Source: Candidatus Anderseniibacteriota bacterium (lineage in GTDB: Bacteria > Patescibacteriota > JAUYIX01). From it: a DNA stretch of 59,589 nt. Position 1 is the stretch's first letter; every line of letters starts with the position of its first letter. The notes below the pieces were generated by a model that ran no database searches, had not been told where the DNA came from, and was given only the letters and a program-made list of their open reading frames with translations. The DNA lies in contig JAXLZN010000005.1 in assembly GCA_046350905.1 (NCBI GenBank), positions 1 to 59,589 on the forward strand. Direction: 5' to 3'. A program made the position numbers and the translations under genes. This document shows positions 20,999 to 32,797 of the stretch, one piece after another.

Positions 20999-23900
20999 TT
21001 ACACGAACCCGCTTGCCTGCCCCGCCTCGCAGATCTTGCGGAAGTCGCAGAACTTGCAGGAGAAGCTCGGGGTCGGCGCGTAGTCGCTGGCCACGATCGC
21101 CGCAATTTTTTCTTGCAGCGTCGACTCGAGCTCGGCGAGCTGGGCGGGGGTTCGCTCCGTGGTGATGGTCGTACCCTCGTCGAGGTAGTACCAGGTCAGC
21201 TTGCTGGCGGTCTTGCCGTAGACCTGGCGCGCGGCCAGCGCGTAGATAGCGAGCTGGTCGCTCTTCTTGAGCTTGTCCGGCTCTTTCAGTGAGCCCGTCT
21301 TGTAGTCGATGATCTCGAGCGTGCCGTCGGGCAGCTCGTCGGCGCGGTCCATCCGGCCGATCAGGCGGTAGGGGCCGAGCTTGAGGGTAAAGTCCTGCTC
21401 GATCCAGAGCGAGGGTTTGAGTGTAGCTCCGTTGGTGGTGTGGCCGCGGTAGTACCGCTCGAGCGCAGTTCGCGCCGCGGCCTTGCGGTCCTGCTCGTGC
21501 TTGTGCGAGGTGTACCACTCGTTGATCCAGTGCTCCTCGAGGAGCTGCAGCAGCCGGTCTTGCGTAGGAGCGGGTTGACCCGGCTTGATCTCGGCGTGAA
21601 ATGCCGCGAGCGCCGCGTGCAAGCTCTTGCCGTACGAGAACGCGGCCGATCCGAGCGACGGGATTTTGTAGAGGTGCGCAAACTTGTACTGCAGTGGACA
21701 CGTCTCGAACGCCACGAGCTGCGTGTAGCTGAAGCGCGAGGGTGGCTTGAGGACGGCGGTGGCGGCGCGGGTGGTGCGGCTGGCGGCGGCCGCTTGGGCT
21801 GCTTTGGCGGCGGCGAGGCGCTGCGGGAGCGAGACTTCTGGCGCTTCTACCGTGGTGATAGCGGCTTCCGTGATAAAGCGCGAGGGTTTGTGCTTGCGCA
21901 CGCCGCCCGAGTCGGCGCTGCTGGTCACGACCAGCTCGTCGCGCGCACGGGTGCAGGCCACGTAGAAGAGGCGGCGTTCTTCGGCGAGGTGGGCAGCGCG
22001 GTCGTCGAGCGGTGCGCCACTGGTACCGCCAGCACCCGGTAGCTCCGCACGATTTTCTGCGGCGACGAGCGCGGGCGGGAGCTCGATCGGTTCGCGCCGG
22101 GCCACGGCGGGAAAACGCTGCTCCACGCAGTCGACCAAGAACACGACTGGCCACTCTAGCCCCTTGGCGGCGTGCACCGTCGTGATGCGCACGGCGTCGG
22201 GGGTGGATTCGACGTCGGCCGGGGCGGGGTTTTCGCCGGCCTGCTGCATCAGCTCAAAAAACTTGAGGAACGCACGGGTGGATTTGTCTTCCGAATTTTG
22301 CTCGAACTGCAGCACGCGCTTAAAAAAGGTGTTGATGTTGAGCACACGCTCAGCGTCCTCAGCGTTGTCGGTCTGCGTCAGCCGCTGCAGTAGCTTGGTG
22401 TCCTCCACGTAGCGGAAGAGCACCTGGCCGACGGCCTTGCGCTGGGCCAGCTCGATGTGCGTTCGTAACGTGTCGAGCAGCTTGTCGGCGACCGCGCGTC
22501 CGTCGTCCGAGATCGCGACGTCCGCATCTTTGGCTGCCGCGCGAACGAGCACGTCGTAGAGCGTGGCGGTCTCCTTGCTGGCCAGGTGCTCGAGCGTGAC
22601 GAGGTCGAGCGGCGGCAGGCGGAACTCCTCCCCCGAGAGGACGCGGTGCAGCGAGACCGAGTCACGCGGGTCGACCACGACGCGTAGCCAGGCCAGCAGG
22701 TCGAGCACCTCGGGTCGCGCGTACAGTCCCCGCACCGCCACAAACTGGAACGGCACGCCCGCTGCGGCGAGCCCGGCGACAAAGGGTTCGGCCCCCGCGT
22801 TGCTGCGCACGAGGATGGCGAGGTCGGACCAGGCGTGGCCCGTGCCGTGCAGCTCCCCGACGCGGCGAACCACGTACGCCACCTCTTGCTCGCGCGTCGC
22901 CGCGCGGTAGTGGAGGGGTGCTGGTCCAGCCCCGCGCGCGGCCAGCAACTTTTTGTCGATGCCGAGCGCGACCTCGAGCCGTTCCGGATCGTTCTTGCGG
23001 ATGACGCTGTACGCCGCATCGAGGATCGCCTGGGTCGAGCGGAAGTTGACGCGCAAGCTGACCGCCGTGGCGTCTGGGTGGTCCTTGGTAAAGAGGCGAA
23101 CGTTGGCCACCGAGGCCCCCCGCCAGCGGTAGATCGCCTGGTCGTCGTCAGCTACGACCGTGAGGCTGGCCGGCTTTGCTGCACTGCCGCCGGTCGCCAG
23201 CAGCTGGATTAACTGGTACTGGGCAAAGTTTGTGTCTTGGAACTCGTCGACCAAGATCGCCTTGAGCTGGGCACGGTAGCGTGCCAGCACGCTCGGGCGT
23301 TTGCGCAAGAGCGTCAACGTCTTGGTAATCAAGTCCGCCACGTCGAGGTTGCCCGACTCGGCAAGCAGCTTTTCGTAGTGCGCAAACGCCCGAGCGACCT
23401 CCAGCAGACAGCGGGCTTCTTCAACTACGGCGTCACGCTCGACATCGCCAAGATCGCGTGCCTCTGCTGCGGCAACCTGCGTCTGCGCCCACGCTACGTA
23501 GTCGCGCGCTTGGACCGCCTCATCTTTTGCGCGCGAAAAGTGCTGCACCAGTGCGCCCACAAACTTGGCCGGGTTACCGAGCGGCCGGTAGAAGTCGAGC
23601 TCCAGATCATCGACGTGCTGCCGCACCAGCACGTGCTGGTCCGCCGGCGAGAGCACTTTAAAGTCCGGCGACAGCCCGATCGCCAGCGCGTTCTCGCGCA
23701 GGACGCGTTCGCCAAAGGCATGGAACGTCCCGACGGCCGGCGGCTCAAACCCAAACGGCAGCAGCTCGTCGAGCCGCCGCTCCAGCTCCTCCGCCGCCTT
23801 GTTAGAAAAGGTCACCGCGAGCACCTCGCGTCCCGCCAGCCCACCCTCGGTCATGAGCCAGGCCAGCCGGTGGGTGATGACCTTGGTCTTGCCAGTCCCC

Positions 23901-24052
23901 GCCCCCGCCACGATCAAGAGCGGTCCACCCGTGTGCGTGACCGCGCGCGCCTGCGCCGGGGTCAGCCCCTCGAGCAGCGAACCACGCGCAACCGTCGGTC
24001 GGGCGACGACCGGTACTTTGGGAATCGGCTTAACGCTCGACGTCGTCGCCAA
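20999..24052 (-). CDS. UvrD/PcrA-family helicase fused to C-terminal PD-(D/E)XK nuclease
   Basis: AGAGTGKT, VDEFQDTN, DDDQAIYRWRGA, TVHAAKGLEW, EERRLFYVACTRA; GRMDRAD...IIDYKTG; Cys set FETCP plus CKFCDFRKIC. Confidence 0.93.
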   Translation of the reverse strand: MATTSSVKPIPKVPVVARPTVARGSLLEGLTPAQARAVTHTGGPLLIVAGAGTGKTKVITHRLAWLMTEGGLAGREVLAVTFSNKAAEELERRLDELLPFGFEPPAVGTFHAFGERVLRENALAIGLSPDFKVLSPADQHVLVRQHVDDLELDFYRPLGNPAKFVGALVQHFSRAKDEAVQARDYVAWAQTQVAAAEARDLGDVERDAVVEEARCLLEVARAFAHYEKLLAESGNLDVADLITKTLTLLRKRPSVLARYRAQLKAILVDEFQDTNFAQYQLIQLLATGGSAAKPASLTVVADDDQAIYRWRGASVANVRLFTKDHPDATAVSLRVNFRSTQAILDAAYSVIRKNDPERLEVALGIDKKLLAARGAGPAPLHYRAATREQEVAYVVRRVGELHGTGHAWSDLAILVRSNAGAEPFVAGLAAAGVPFQFVAVRGLYARPEVLDLLAWLRVVVDPRDSVSLHRVLSGEEFRLPPLDLVTLEHLASKETATLYDVLVRAAAKDADVAISDDGRAVADKLLDTLRTHIELAQRKAVGQVLFRYVEDTKLLQRLTQTDNAEDAERVLNINTFFKRVLQFEQNSEDKSTRAFLKFFELMQQAGENPAPADVESTPDAVRITTVHAAKGLEWPVVFLVDCVEQRFPAVARREPIELPPALVAAENRAELPGAGGTSGAPLDDRAAHLAEERRLFYVACTRARDELVVTSSADSGGVRKHKPSRFITEAAITTVEAPEVSLPQRLAAAKAAQAAAASRTTRAATAVLKPPSRFSYTQLVAFETCPLQYKFAHLYKIPSLGSAAFSYGKSLHAALAAFHAEIKPGQPAPTQDRLLQLLEEHWINEWYTSHKHEQDRKAAARTALERYYRGHTTNGATLKPSLWIEQDFTLKLGPYRLIGRMDRADELPDGTLEIIDYKTGSLKEPDKLKKSDQLAIYALAARQVYGKTASKLTWYYLDEGTTITTERTPAQLAELESTLQEKIAAIVASDYAPTPSFSCKFCDFRKICEAGQASGFV

Positions 24053-25211
24053 CGGGCACCTCCAGCTCGAGCTGCACCTGTTCGCGCTGCACGGAGCGAA
24101 CCTCAGCCGGCAGAGCCGCGCGCGGTGTCGGCGCCTCGAGCAGGTCCGCTTGCTCGAGCTTGCCGGTCAGCCGTTCGAACTTGCCCGCCACCTTGTCGCT
24201 GGTGTTCTTGGCGTTGGTCACGTGCCGCGACAGAACATCAAAGGCCTCACCCACCTCGCGCGCGTCTTTCTGCACGGTTCGCAGCAGCTGGAGCACCTGC
24301 TTGGAGACCTCCTCCATGCGCGCGCCCTCGAGGCCGATCAGGACGACCTTGAGGAAGTAGTAGAAGGTGTTGGGCGAGACGAGGTAGACGCGCTGGGCGG
24401 CCGCGTGCTCGAGCAGCGTCTCGCTGCGCTGGACCACCTCGTAGTAGACCGCCTCGCTCGGCACGTACATGATCGCAAAGTCGACCGTGCCCTCGCCGGG
24501 CAGCACGTACTTGCTGGCGATCGCGTCGATGTGCTTTTTTACGTCGCGCTCAAACGTGCGGCGAACAGCCGGCTCCTCCTCGCGGCTGGCGTTCTGGAGC
24601 AGCCGAAAGTTTTCCATCGGAAACTTGGAGTCGATCGGGATGATGCCCTGCTTTGTCCTGACGATGGCGTCGACGACCTGCCCCTCGCGGAACTTAAACT
24701 GCATGGCAAAGTTGGCGCGCGGGAGGACCTGCTCGAGCAGCTCCTTGAGGATCGCCTCACCCACGTTGCCGCGCAGCTTGGGCGACTGGAAGACGTCGCG
24801 CAGGTTGGCGAGCTGCGCCGAAAACTCGGTGACCGAGCCAAGCCCCTTAGAGATGTCGCTGAAGAGCTTGGCGGCTTGCCCGAGCCGCGCGTCGACGGTG
24901 CGGTTGGTTTCGGCCAGGCGCGTCTGGAGCTGCTGCTGGTTGTCGCCGAGGGAGCGGGCCAGCTCGGTTCGCGTCCGCGCCAGCTCCTCCTGCGTGGTCC
25001 GCACCAGCTGCGTGACCTGCTGACCCTGCTGCTGAAGGGCTTGCTGGGTCGCGGCCTGGTTGGCGATGAGCGCCTGCTGGAGCTGGGGGTCGAGGCCGGT
25101 GGGCAGGATCGGCGTGGCAGGCCGGCGGCTGCGCACGAGCAGCACAGCCACGGCCGCACCGAGGCCGACCACGACCACCGACAGCATGGCGATGAGGACG
25201 CCGGTATCCAT
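24030..25211 (-). CDS. rmuC: DNA recombination protein RmuC
   Basis: N-terminal TM and coiled coil; KLRGNVGE, VDAIV, IPIDSKFP, DFAIMYVPSEAVY, VSPNT. Confidence 0.93.
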   Translation of the reverse strand: MDTGVLIAMLSVVVVGLGAAVAVLLVRSRRPATPILPTGLDPQLQQALIANQAATQQALQQQGQQVTQLVRTTQEELARTRTELARSLGDNQQQLQTRLAETNRTVDARLGQAAKLFSDISKGLGSVTEFSAQLANLRDVFQSPKLRGNVGEAILKELLEQVLPRANFAMQFKFREGQVVDAIVRTKQGIIPIDSKFPMENFRLLQNASREEEPAVRRTFERDVKKHIDAIASKYVLPGEGTVDFAIMYVPSEAVYYEVVQRSETLLEHAAAQRVYLVSPNTFYYFLKVVLIGLEGARMEEVSKQVLQLLRTVQKDAREVGEAFDVLSRHVTNAKNTSDKVAGKFERLTGKLEQADLLEAPTPRAALPAEVRSVQREQVQLELEVPVGDDVER

Positions 25212-25303
25212 AGGAAGAGAAGCCTACCACGGCCTCGAGATCAGCTTGCGTCGGCCCTGCTCCTTTGGTACAGTCCCGCGGTCCGCCAATCAATCGCAGC
25301 CGC

Positions 25304-25379
25304 GGCGGGGTAGCTCAGTTGGTAGAGCGTGGGACTCATAAGCCCAAGGTCCCGGGTTCGATCCCCGGCCCCGCTACCA
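25304..25379 (+). tRNA. tRNA-Met (CAT), elongator type
   Basis: 76-nt cloverleaf GGCGGGG...CCCCGCT-A-CCA, loop CTCATAA; an Ile2 identity cannot be strictly excluded. Confidence 0.9.
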
Positions 25380-25426
25380 GGGTCCGGACAGCCAGCTCAA
25401 GAGCACGCAAGCGGTCGCATCAATAT

Positions 25427-25501
<75 letters not shown>

Positions 25502-25948
25502 TGGGCGCGAACGAAGACGTCTCAGGGTGAGCCCCGAGATGTATTTGGTGTGACTTTCTTTTCAACAGGTGGACAAACTTGGAGGTGCCGCCGCGGGCGG
25601 CCCAAGGCTCTGTGGCGTACGCGCAAGCACGATCCACAGCCCGACCAAACTGCGTGAAATGCTGATCCACACGTTGCGGTGCACGGCGCGTAGATCAACA
25701 ATCGACAGACTGTGGGTAAGCAAGCTGTGCCAGTTCGACCAGCCAGCGAGAGCAAGCGTGTAGAAGCCGCGCTCTACAAGGGCTTTCTGAACACCGATTT
25801 TAGGCTCAAGCAGCTCGAACGCGAGCTCGGAGCAGCGCTGCGTCTATTTACGCGCGAGGTGGAAAAGATCCACCGGCGCTTAAACCGGAGTTAAGGTCGT
25901 CCTCGGCACACTCGGCGCACTAATAAGTAACCATCACCTGTAACAGCA

Positions 25949-26236
25949 ATGAACGATTCCGCCAGCACGTACGCCACGAGCGGAGAAGTAGAGCAGTTCG
26001 CCCGCTTTGCCAAGACAGGCTTTGACGAAGTCTCGGATAAACTGCATGAGCACGACCGAAGGTTCACAGGGGTTGAAAACCGCCTTGGCGGGATTGAGCG
26101 CCGCCTGGACGGGCACGATCGAAGGTTCGACGCGATTACAGACAGCCTTGATGAGATAAAACTGCTGCTCAAGCGCGTGGTTACGCGCAGAGAGCACGAA
26201 AGGCTCAAGAAGAAGGTGCTCGCCCTCGCGCGCTAG
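25949..26236 (+). CDS. Coiled-coil hypothetical protein (95 aa)
   Basis: Heptad-like repeats EHDRRFTGVENRLGGIERRLDGHDRRFDAI. Confidence 0.65.
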   Translation: MNDSASTYATSGEVEQFARFAKTGFDEVSDKLHEHDRRFTGVENRLGGIERRLDGHDRRFDAITDSLDEIKLLLKRVVTRREHERLKKKVLALAR

Positions 26237-29200
26237 TGGGTCAGCGCGGTCAGGTCGCTCCGCACCGTAGCGCTGATGCCGCCCGGCTGGGCCACCACGT
26301 ACACGACGTCGATGGTCTCGTGGTGCTGGGCCAGGTACTGCCGCGTGCCCGACGGGATCGACGTCTTGCGCACCAGAACCACGGGCCCCTGCAGCCGCGA
26401 GACAAAACCGCTGGCCAGCAGCGCCGTGTAGAGCGTGGGTGGGGTGACGCTCGCGCTGACGGTCGTGCTACCCGGAATACCGGCGGTGTCACCCCGGGCG
26501 ACCGCCAGCGTCCGCGGTTGTGTAAAGTGGGCCTCGAGCACCGCCAGGTTGGTTGCAAAGCGGTCCGCGCCGGCGGTGCGCGTCACGGTGAGCTGCGGGA
26601 ACTGCTGCTTGAGGTTGCTCTCAAACCCCGTCGTCAAGGCTTGCGGCCCACCCACCAGCTCCACGTCGGTGATGGTGCCGTGCGCGTGCAGGTAGTCGAC
26701 GATGGCCGGGTCGACCGCATCGGCGCCACGGGTCGAGATCAAGATGGGGTCTGCCACGTGGTCCTCAAACTGCGAGGCCACCGGAGCCATGCTGAGGGCG
26801 TCGACCAGCGAGCGATCGTCCGCCACGACGAGCTTGGTGGCCGGTTTTTCGTTGAACGCGTCCAACCCCTGGGCGAACAGCAGCGCCGTGGCACGGCGGG
26901 TCGCGCCGTTGAAGCGTTTAACGTTGGTGTAACCGTGCAGCTTGAGAGCGTCCTCGACCGCGCTCGAGACGGCCGCCGTGCCACCCGCGAGGACGACCGG
27001 CTTGCCCTTGTTGGGACCGAGCACCCGGTCGACCTCGTCCAGCACCTCGCGCGGCAGCGCCTTGGTCTTGACCAGCAGCACAGGTGAGTTAGACGCCACG
27101 TTGTAGGAGGTGCCGGTAAAGACGTCGACCGCCAGATCGTCACGAGCCACGACCACACCCGAGGCGGTTCCGTCGGTCGGAAAGTTCAGCTTGGAGAGCG
27201 AGATGGCTTGCTGTATGGCGTTCGCCCCACCCACTACCGTGACCTTGTCGCCGATGTCGTTGTCCTCGACCGTGGCGTAGACCGTATCGACGTGGACCCC
27301 CTGGTAGTTGGCGTCGGCGCTAGCCGCGGCAAAACTGATCGGCACGACCGTGGTGCTCTCGGCGACCTTGTCGTCGTTGGCGGTGCAGGTCACGTCCTGG
27401 TCGTGGTTCCAGTTGCCGGTTGTAAAGGTCAGCGTGGTAGTGCAGGCCAGCTGCGCAGTATCTGCCGTGGCCGCGATGGTCACGTTCGCGGTCGGCTGCG
27501 AGGTCAGGTGCACCGCGAGGCTGTCAGGCCCTCCCCTCCTTGACCAGGGTCGAACCGCTGCTCTCGGTCACCACCACGCCAGCCGAGTCGTTGTCGATTA
27601 CCGAAACGGCGATGGGCGAGGTGGTGGAGCCATTGTACTTGCTGTCGGCGCTCACGGCCGTAAAGTCCACCGCACCGTCGTGCACCCCCTCAGCGATATC
27701 ATCGTCGACCGCAAAGACCATGACCGCCTGCGGCGTGCTCCAGGTACCGGCCGTAAACTGCAGGGCCTGCGTGTCGGTGTCGATGACCTGGTCGTTGAAC
27801 GCCAGATCGACCTGCACGTCGGCAGTTGGCTGCGAGGTGAGCTGCAACGTAAACTGCGCACTCGAGCCGCCCTCTTCGACTGTTTCGCCGTCGTTAGTCA
27901 CGGTAAAGAGCGCGGCCGTATCGTTGTCACCTACCTGGACGTTGACGTCAGCGGTGACCGCCCCGTCGTAGAAGCTATCCGCGCTGGTGGTAGTAAACGA
28001 GAGCGGCGTCACGGTGGCATCCTCGGCCACATCATCGTTGACCGCAGCCAGGTCAACCTGCTGCGGCTGGTCCCAGTTGCCTGCGTTAAACTGGAGCGAA
28101 CCCGGGTTGGCCGTGAGCTGGCCTGCATCGGTACCCAGCGCAACGTCAACCTGCTGCGTGGGTTGGGACGTCAGCGCGACCGTGATGCTGTCGGTGGTGC
28201 TGCCCTCCACCACGTCGCTCGAGGCGTTGCTCTCCACGACCTGCAGCCCCGCCGCGTCGTTGTCGCCCACCTGGACGTTGACGTCACCCAGGCCAAAGCC
28301 GTCGTAGAACGGGTCCGCGCTCGTCACGAGGTGCGAGACAGTATCAGCGTGGGCACCTTCCGCTACGTCGTCGTCGACCGCTGTCACCGTCACGGTCTGG
28401 GGCACGTTCCAGGTGACGCCGGTAAAGGTGAGGGTGTTGGCAGAGGTTTGTACCTGTGCACTGTGCGAGAGCGCAACGTTGACGTCGGCGGTTGGCTGGC
28501 TGGTCAGCACGACCGTGTAGCTGTCCGTGGTGCTGCCTTCAACGACCGCGGTGACACCGTTGCTCTGCGTCAGCGTGATGTCTGCCGTGTCGTCGTCGGT
28601 CACCGCGACATCCACGTCAGGTAGCGATACCGCCGCGTAGAGCGGGTCGGCGCTGGTCACCGCCTGGTGAATCGGCTCCTGTAGCGGATTCTCTGCGATT
28701 TGGTTGTCTACGGCAGTCACAGTGACCGTCTGAGGCACGTTCCAGGTGCCCGCCGTAAAGGTCAGCGAACTGGGGTTGACCTGGATCTGCCCGCCGTTGG
28801 TCAGGTCAACCGTGACATCGGCTGTGGGCTGGCTGGTAAGCACGACCGTGTAGCTATCTGCAGCGCCTCCCTCCGTCACCGCGGTCGAACCACTGCTCTG
28901 ATCGACCGTGATCCCAGTAGTGTCGTTGTCGGTTACGTTGACAACCTTGTCGCCGATGGTCAGGACAGAGTACTTGGGATCGCTGCTTCCGACCGTGTGG
29001 GTAATGTGGACAGCCCGGTCGCCGTCGTCGACGGCGTTGTCGTTGACGTCGACGTTGACGAGCTGCGGCGTGTCCCAGTTGGCGGACGTAAACGTGAGAG
29101 CGCCACCTGGCAACGTAAGCTGCGAGGCGTCAGTGCCGAGCGTAACCGTGACGTCAGCGGTCGGCTGCGAGGTCAGCACAATGGAGTAGCTCGTGCTAGT

Positions 29201-31794
29201 TCCTTCGTTCGCCGTCAGGGCACCACTCGGTGTTAGGGTAAAGCCCGAGGTATCGTTGTCCTGAATCGTGAGCGTGTAGCTGTTGTTGGTACCTACAACA
29301 GCATCTGGCGACTGGAGCGCCATCCCGAGGGTGATGGTTTCATCGTCCTCGTCTACGTGGTCGTCGGTAATGGGTATTGAGGCCGATCCACTTACGTTGT
29401 TTGCTGTTATGGTGAGGCTACCTGGGAGCGTCAAGTCCTGACCATCGGTGGCGCTCCCGCCGCCGCTCTGCAGGTTAACGGTCAGGTCGGCACTGACCGT
29501 TGGAGTAATCACCCCAGTGAGGAGACCGAGCCAGCGCTCTCAGAAACAGTCGCAGAGGTTGGAGAAAAGTTAACCGAGGAGAGGTCGAACGCGCCGAGCC
29601 GTGGGTTGCCGTTGGTGCCGACGTTTGTGAAATCGCCTGCGATGTACAGCTTTGAATCCCAGACCTCCATGTCGATGAGCCCTGCGGCGCTGATATCCGG
29701 GTTCCAAGCCCCCACCATGGACGCACCTGAGTCGACGGTCGTGGTAACCACGGCGAGGCGGGGACGAGACAGGCCGTTGACGGTGGAGAGCGATCCGCTG
29801 CCGATGAACATCGTTGTACCCGTGAGCGCCATCGTCGTGAGCCCCGCAGGACTCAGGGTGGGGTTCCAGGCCGTGGCCATGTTGGAGTTGACAGCCGTGT
29901 CCAGCGCGGCTAGCCCGGTGCGGGCCGCACCACCAATCGAGGTAAAGGTGCCGCCCACGTAGAGAGTCGTCCCGCTCAAAATGATTCGGTTGATGCTGGC
30001 AGCAGCCGGCGCAATCGCCGGATCCCAGGCCGTCACCGCCCCAGTACTCTTGACCACTGCTGCCAAGCCGACGCGTGCCGTACCACCAACCGCCGTGACC
30101 GAAGAACCGCCGATGTAGATCGTGTCAGTCCCGACTGCTAGATCTTTGACCGGCTGGCCAGAGCTCGTCGTAACGTTTGGATCCCACGGCAAGAGGTTGC
30201 CGTTTGTCGCGTCGATTGCCATGGCGTGGTTACGAGTGTTATCTGCTACGTAGCACCCGCTGTAGCACGCCTCATCGTCGTAGAAAATGTGGCCCTGCGA
30301 GGTAAAGTAGCCTCCAGCGTACAGCGTGCTGCCGTCCAGCCTGAGCACGGTTGCGTTACCGTCGACGATCACCTGCCACACGCTGCCACCAGTTGTCGCG
30401 TCAATCGCAGTTATGGCCTGTGGGCTGGCGATGTACAGCGTGTTGCCCGAGCCCGCAATTGAGTATATGGGCGTAGCCACGTTCTGCGTAAATGGAAGCA
30501 GCGATTGCGTGGCAGGATCTACGGCGGCCACTCCGTTTCTCGCCTGCCCGTTCATGAGCGTAAAGCCGCCCCCGGCGATGACGTCGCTGCCTACTCTTGT
30601 TACAAATTTGGCAACGGAACCCGCACTCGGGTTCCACGCAGTAGCGTTGTTCGAGTTAACCGTTGTATCGAGAGCCGCCAGGTAGTGGCGGGTCTGTCCC
30701 CCAATGCTGGTAAACGCACCTGCGGCGTACAAGGTCGTCCCGTTCAACTCGATATCGCTGACCTCCAATCCTCCCGGGCTGGCATCCCAAGATAGTGTCG
30801 CCCCCGAGGTCGCGTCAAACCCCTTGAGGCCGGTGGTCCAGGCAAGGTAGGTGGTCGAACCACTCAGGATTACGTCGCGCGCACTGCCGATGCCAGCTGG
30901 CGCCCAGGCTTGCGTAGCGCCGGCTGGCTTACCGTAGGCTACGGCAAAGTTCCTGGGGGTCGTGAAGGCACCTACCACGTAGACCACGCTCGCACTCGAT
31001 ACGTCGAGCCCGTACACGTCGGCGTTGGGCGCCGTCGGTGTCCACGTCGCATCGTAGGTGCCCCCGCTCAGCGAAAAACGCACCAGCCGTGCTGCCGGAC
31101 CGGTAAAGTCCCCACCGACGTACAGGCTGGTACCGTCCGACTTGATGACCCGCACCTGCGTCCCACCAGTCAGGCTGTTGGCTGAGTTGAATGAGGTGGC
31201 GAGACCGGTGGACGCGCTCACCGCTCCCAAGAAACGCCGGCTCTGGCCGCCGATTGTCGTAAACTGGCCACCTACGTAGAGCGTCGTCCCGTCGAGCACC
31301 AGCGAGTTGACCTGGGCACTCGGGTTAGGGTTCCAGTTCGCATCAACCGTCCCGTCCGACAAAATGTGCGCCAGACGAGCTACCGCAACTCCGCCGATCG
31401 TCGAAAAGTTACCACCGGCGTACCACCCGCTGCTCCCGTCCGATACCAAGGTGAACACGCTGCTGCCCGATGGCACACCTGGCAAGGAGGCAGACAGTGC
31501 TGCGGTCGAGGGATCTAGCTTTGCCAAGCCACCTGCGTGCAGTCCGACGTTAGAAAAGGCACCTGTAAGGTACGTGACGCCGCCGATACTTTGGACATCG
31601 TAGACGATAGCGTCGGTGGTCAGGCTGCCGGCCGACAGCCCGTGCGCAAAACCCACCGGCTTGGGCAGGTAAAACTGGTAGACAAAGACCGTGCTCAGCA
31701 CGACCAACCCGATCGTGAGAACGACCAGCCAGGCTGCCGCCAGACGGTGGAAGGGGTGCCGGCGGGCGTGTGCGGTGTTCGCCCTCCGTGGCAC
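26233..31794 (-). CDS. ~1853-aa surface protein: TM, beta-propeller repeats, Calx-beta-like repeats, cell-wall-binding repeat 2 (CWB2); split by two single-base indels
   Basis: ORFs 29509..31794, 27524..29512 and 26233..27513 join by restoring one base near 29525 (SVSLTGVITP) and removing one G near 27535 (KEGGPDSLAVHL); GGxFTxIGG repeats, six LTSQPT repeats, GADRFATN-type CWB2 motifs. Confidence 0.85.
27400..29300 (-). repeat. Six ~110-aa Calx-beta/Ig-like repeats
   Basis: Recurrent (V/L)xLTSQPTADVxV...FTxxxWxxPQxVxVxAVDDxxAE...DND. Confidence 0.85.
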
Positions 31795-31796
31795 GG

Positions 31797-32634
31797 CTAC
31801 TTGGCTACGACAGAAACGACAAACTCAGTCGTGAGAAGTTTTCCCTGGTGCTTAAACTGCGCAAAGATTTTGTAGTTGCCCAGCTGCTCCATCTGCGCGT
31901 GGAAGATCACCTGGCCGGAGCTAGCGAGGTAGTCGATCGGGTGCGTATGAATAAAGTCGAGGGTGTTCTCGTGCAGGATGATGGCGTGGCCAAAGGCGCC
32001 CAGGTAGGGATCAAGACCGGTGATGGGCTTGCCGTCCTTGGTGAGTGCAAAGGTAAAGATCGCCTCATCGCCCACGTGCACCTGCGCTGGCTTTGAGACG
32101 AGGTCGACCTTGTAGCCATCCACAGCAAAGCTCGAGGAGGGTTTGAGCACGACGGTCGGCAGCTGGTCGCTACCGGCGACGACGTCCTGGATACTCGTCA
32201 CCTCGAGGCCGCTGTCACCGGAGGTAAAGTCGGCAAAGAAACGGTAGGGGCCCTCCGCAGGCAGCTGCAGCGAGATGGAGAACTCACCCGTCGCGGGGTC
32301 AAAGTCGGGGTGCACGTGCTGGAAGTACTGCAGGTCTTTGCGGACGATCATGCAGGTGCATCAGCCGTTCGTGCGCTAGCTGGTAGTTCTTAAAGGTAAC
32401 CCCGTTGGTGGTGACAACCGAGAACCGGTAGGTAAAGGGTGCGTTGACCGCAACGGGCTTGCTGATGTTCGACTCCACACAGAAGTACTGCACCCCCGAG
32501 TTGGGTCGCTGGTGCTGCAGGCCGCTCGGGCCACAGAACGTCCCGCCCCGTAGCAAAAAGTACAAGCCCACGCCGACACCCGCCGCGACGACGACCACGA
32601 GGCCCGCAATGAGCCACCTTTTTGGGAAGTGCAT
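31797..32634 (-). CDS. Membrane-anchored His-motif secreted protein, possibly metal-binding (one frameshift near 32350)
   Basis: ORFs 32299..32679 and 31797..32351 join as ...LMHLMIVRKDLQYFQHVHP...; later GHAIILH and IHTHP motifs. Confidence 0.7.
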
Positions 32635-32720
32635 GATGGGGGTAGTGTACCACGCTACAGCTCGCCAGGCAAGTCGCATTGCAGCGCCCCGGATCGGCTG
32701 CTAGACTCCCCCAACGTTGA

Positions 32721-32797
32721 GGGCCAGTAGCGTAGCGGTTCAACGCACCGCCTTGTCAAGGCGGGGATCGCGGGTTCGAATCCCGTCTGGCCCGCCA
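32721..32797 (+). tRNA. tRNA-Asp (GTC)
   Basis: 77-nt cloverleaf, anticodon arm CCGCC-TTGTCAA-GGCGG, CCA. Confidence 0.96.

Noticed and set aside
20999-21800. Cas4/CRISPR association of the Fe-S nuclease domain
   Set aside because: It is fused to UvrD; no repeat-spacer array or other cas genes were seen in the window.
25712-25894. 60-aa ORF upstream of the coiled-coil gene
   Set aside because: Plausibly helical, but it has no SD or leaderless signal and starts inside the DnaA-box-like cluster; not supported enough to call.
27530-27540. Phase-variable homopolymer in the giant surface gene
   Set aside because: Runs are only 3-4 nt, too short for typical slipped-strand switches.
26233-31794. 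UGA read-through (genetic code 25), since the giant-protein fragments and clpC part 1 end in TGA
   Set aside because: In each case the continuation is in a different frame and is explained by a single-base indel; TGA ends intact genes such as ligA and comF.
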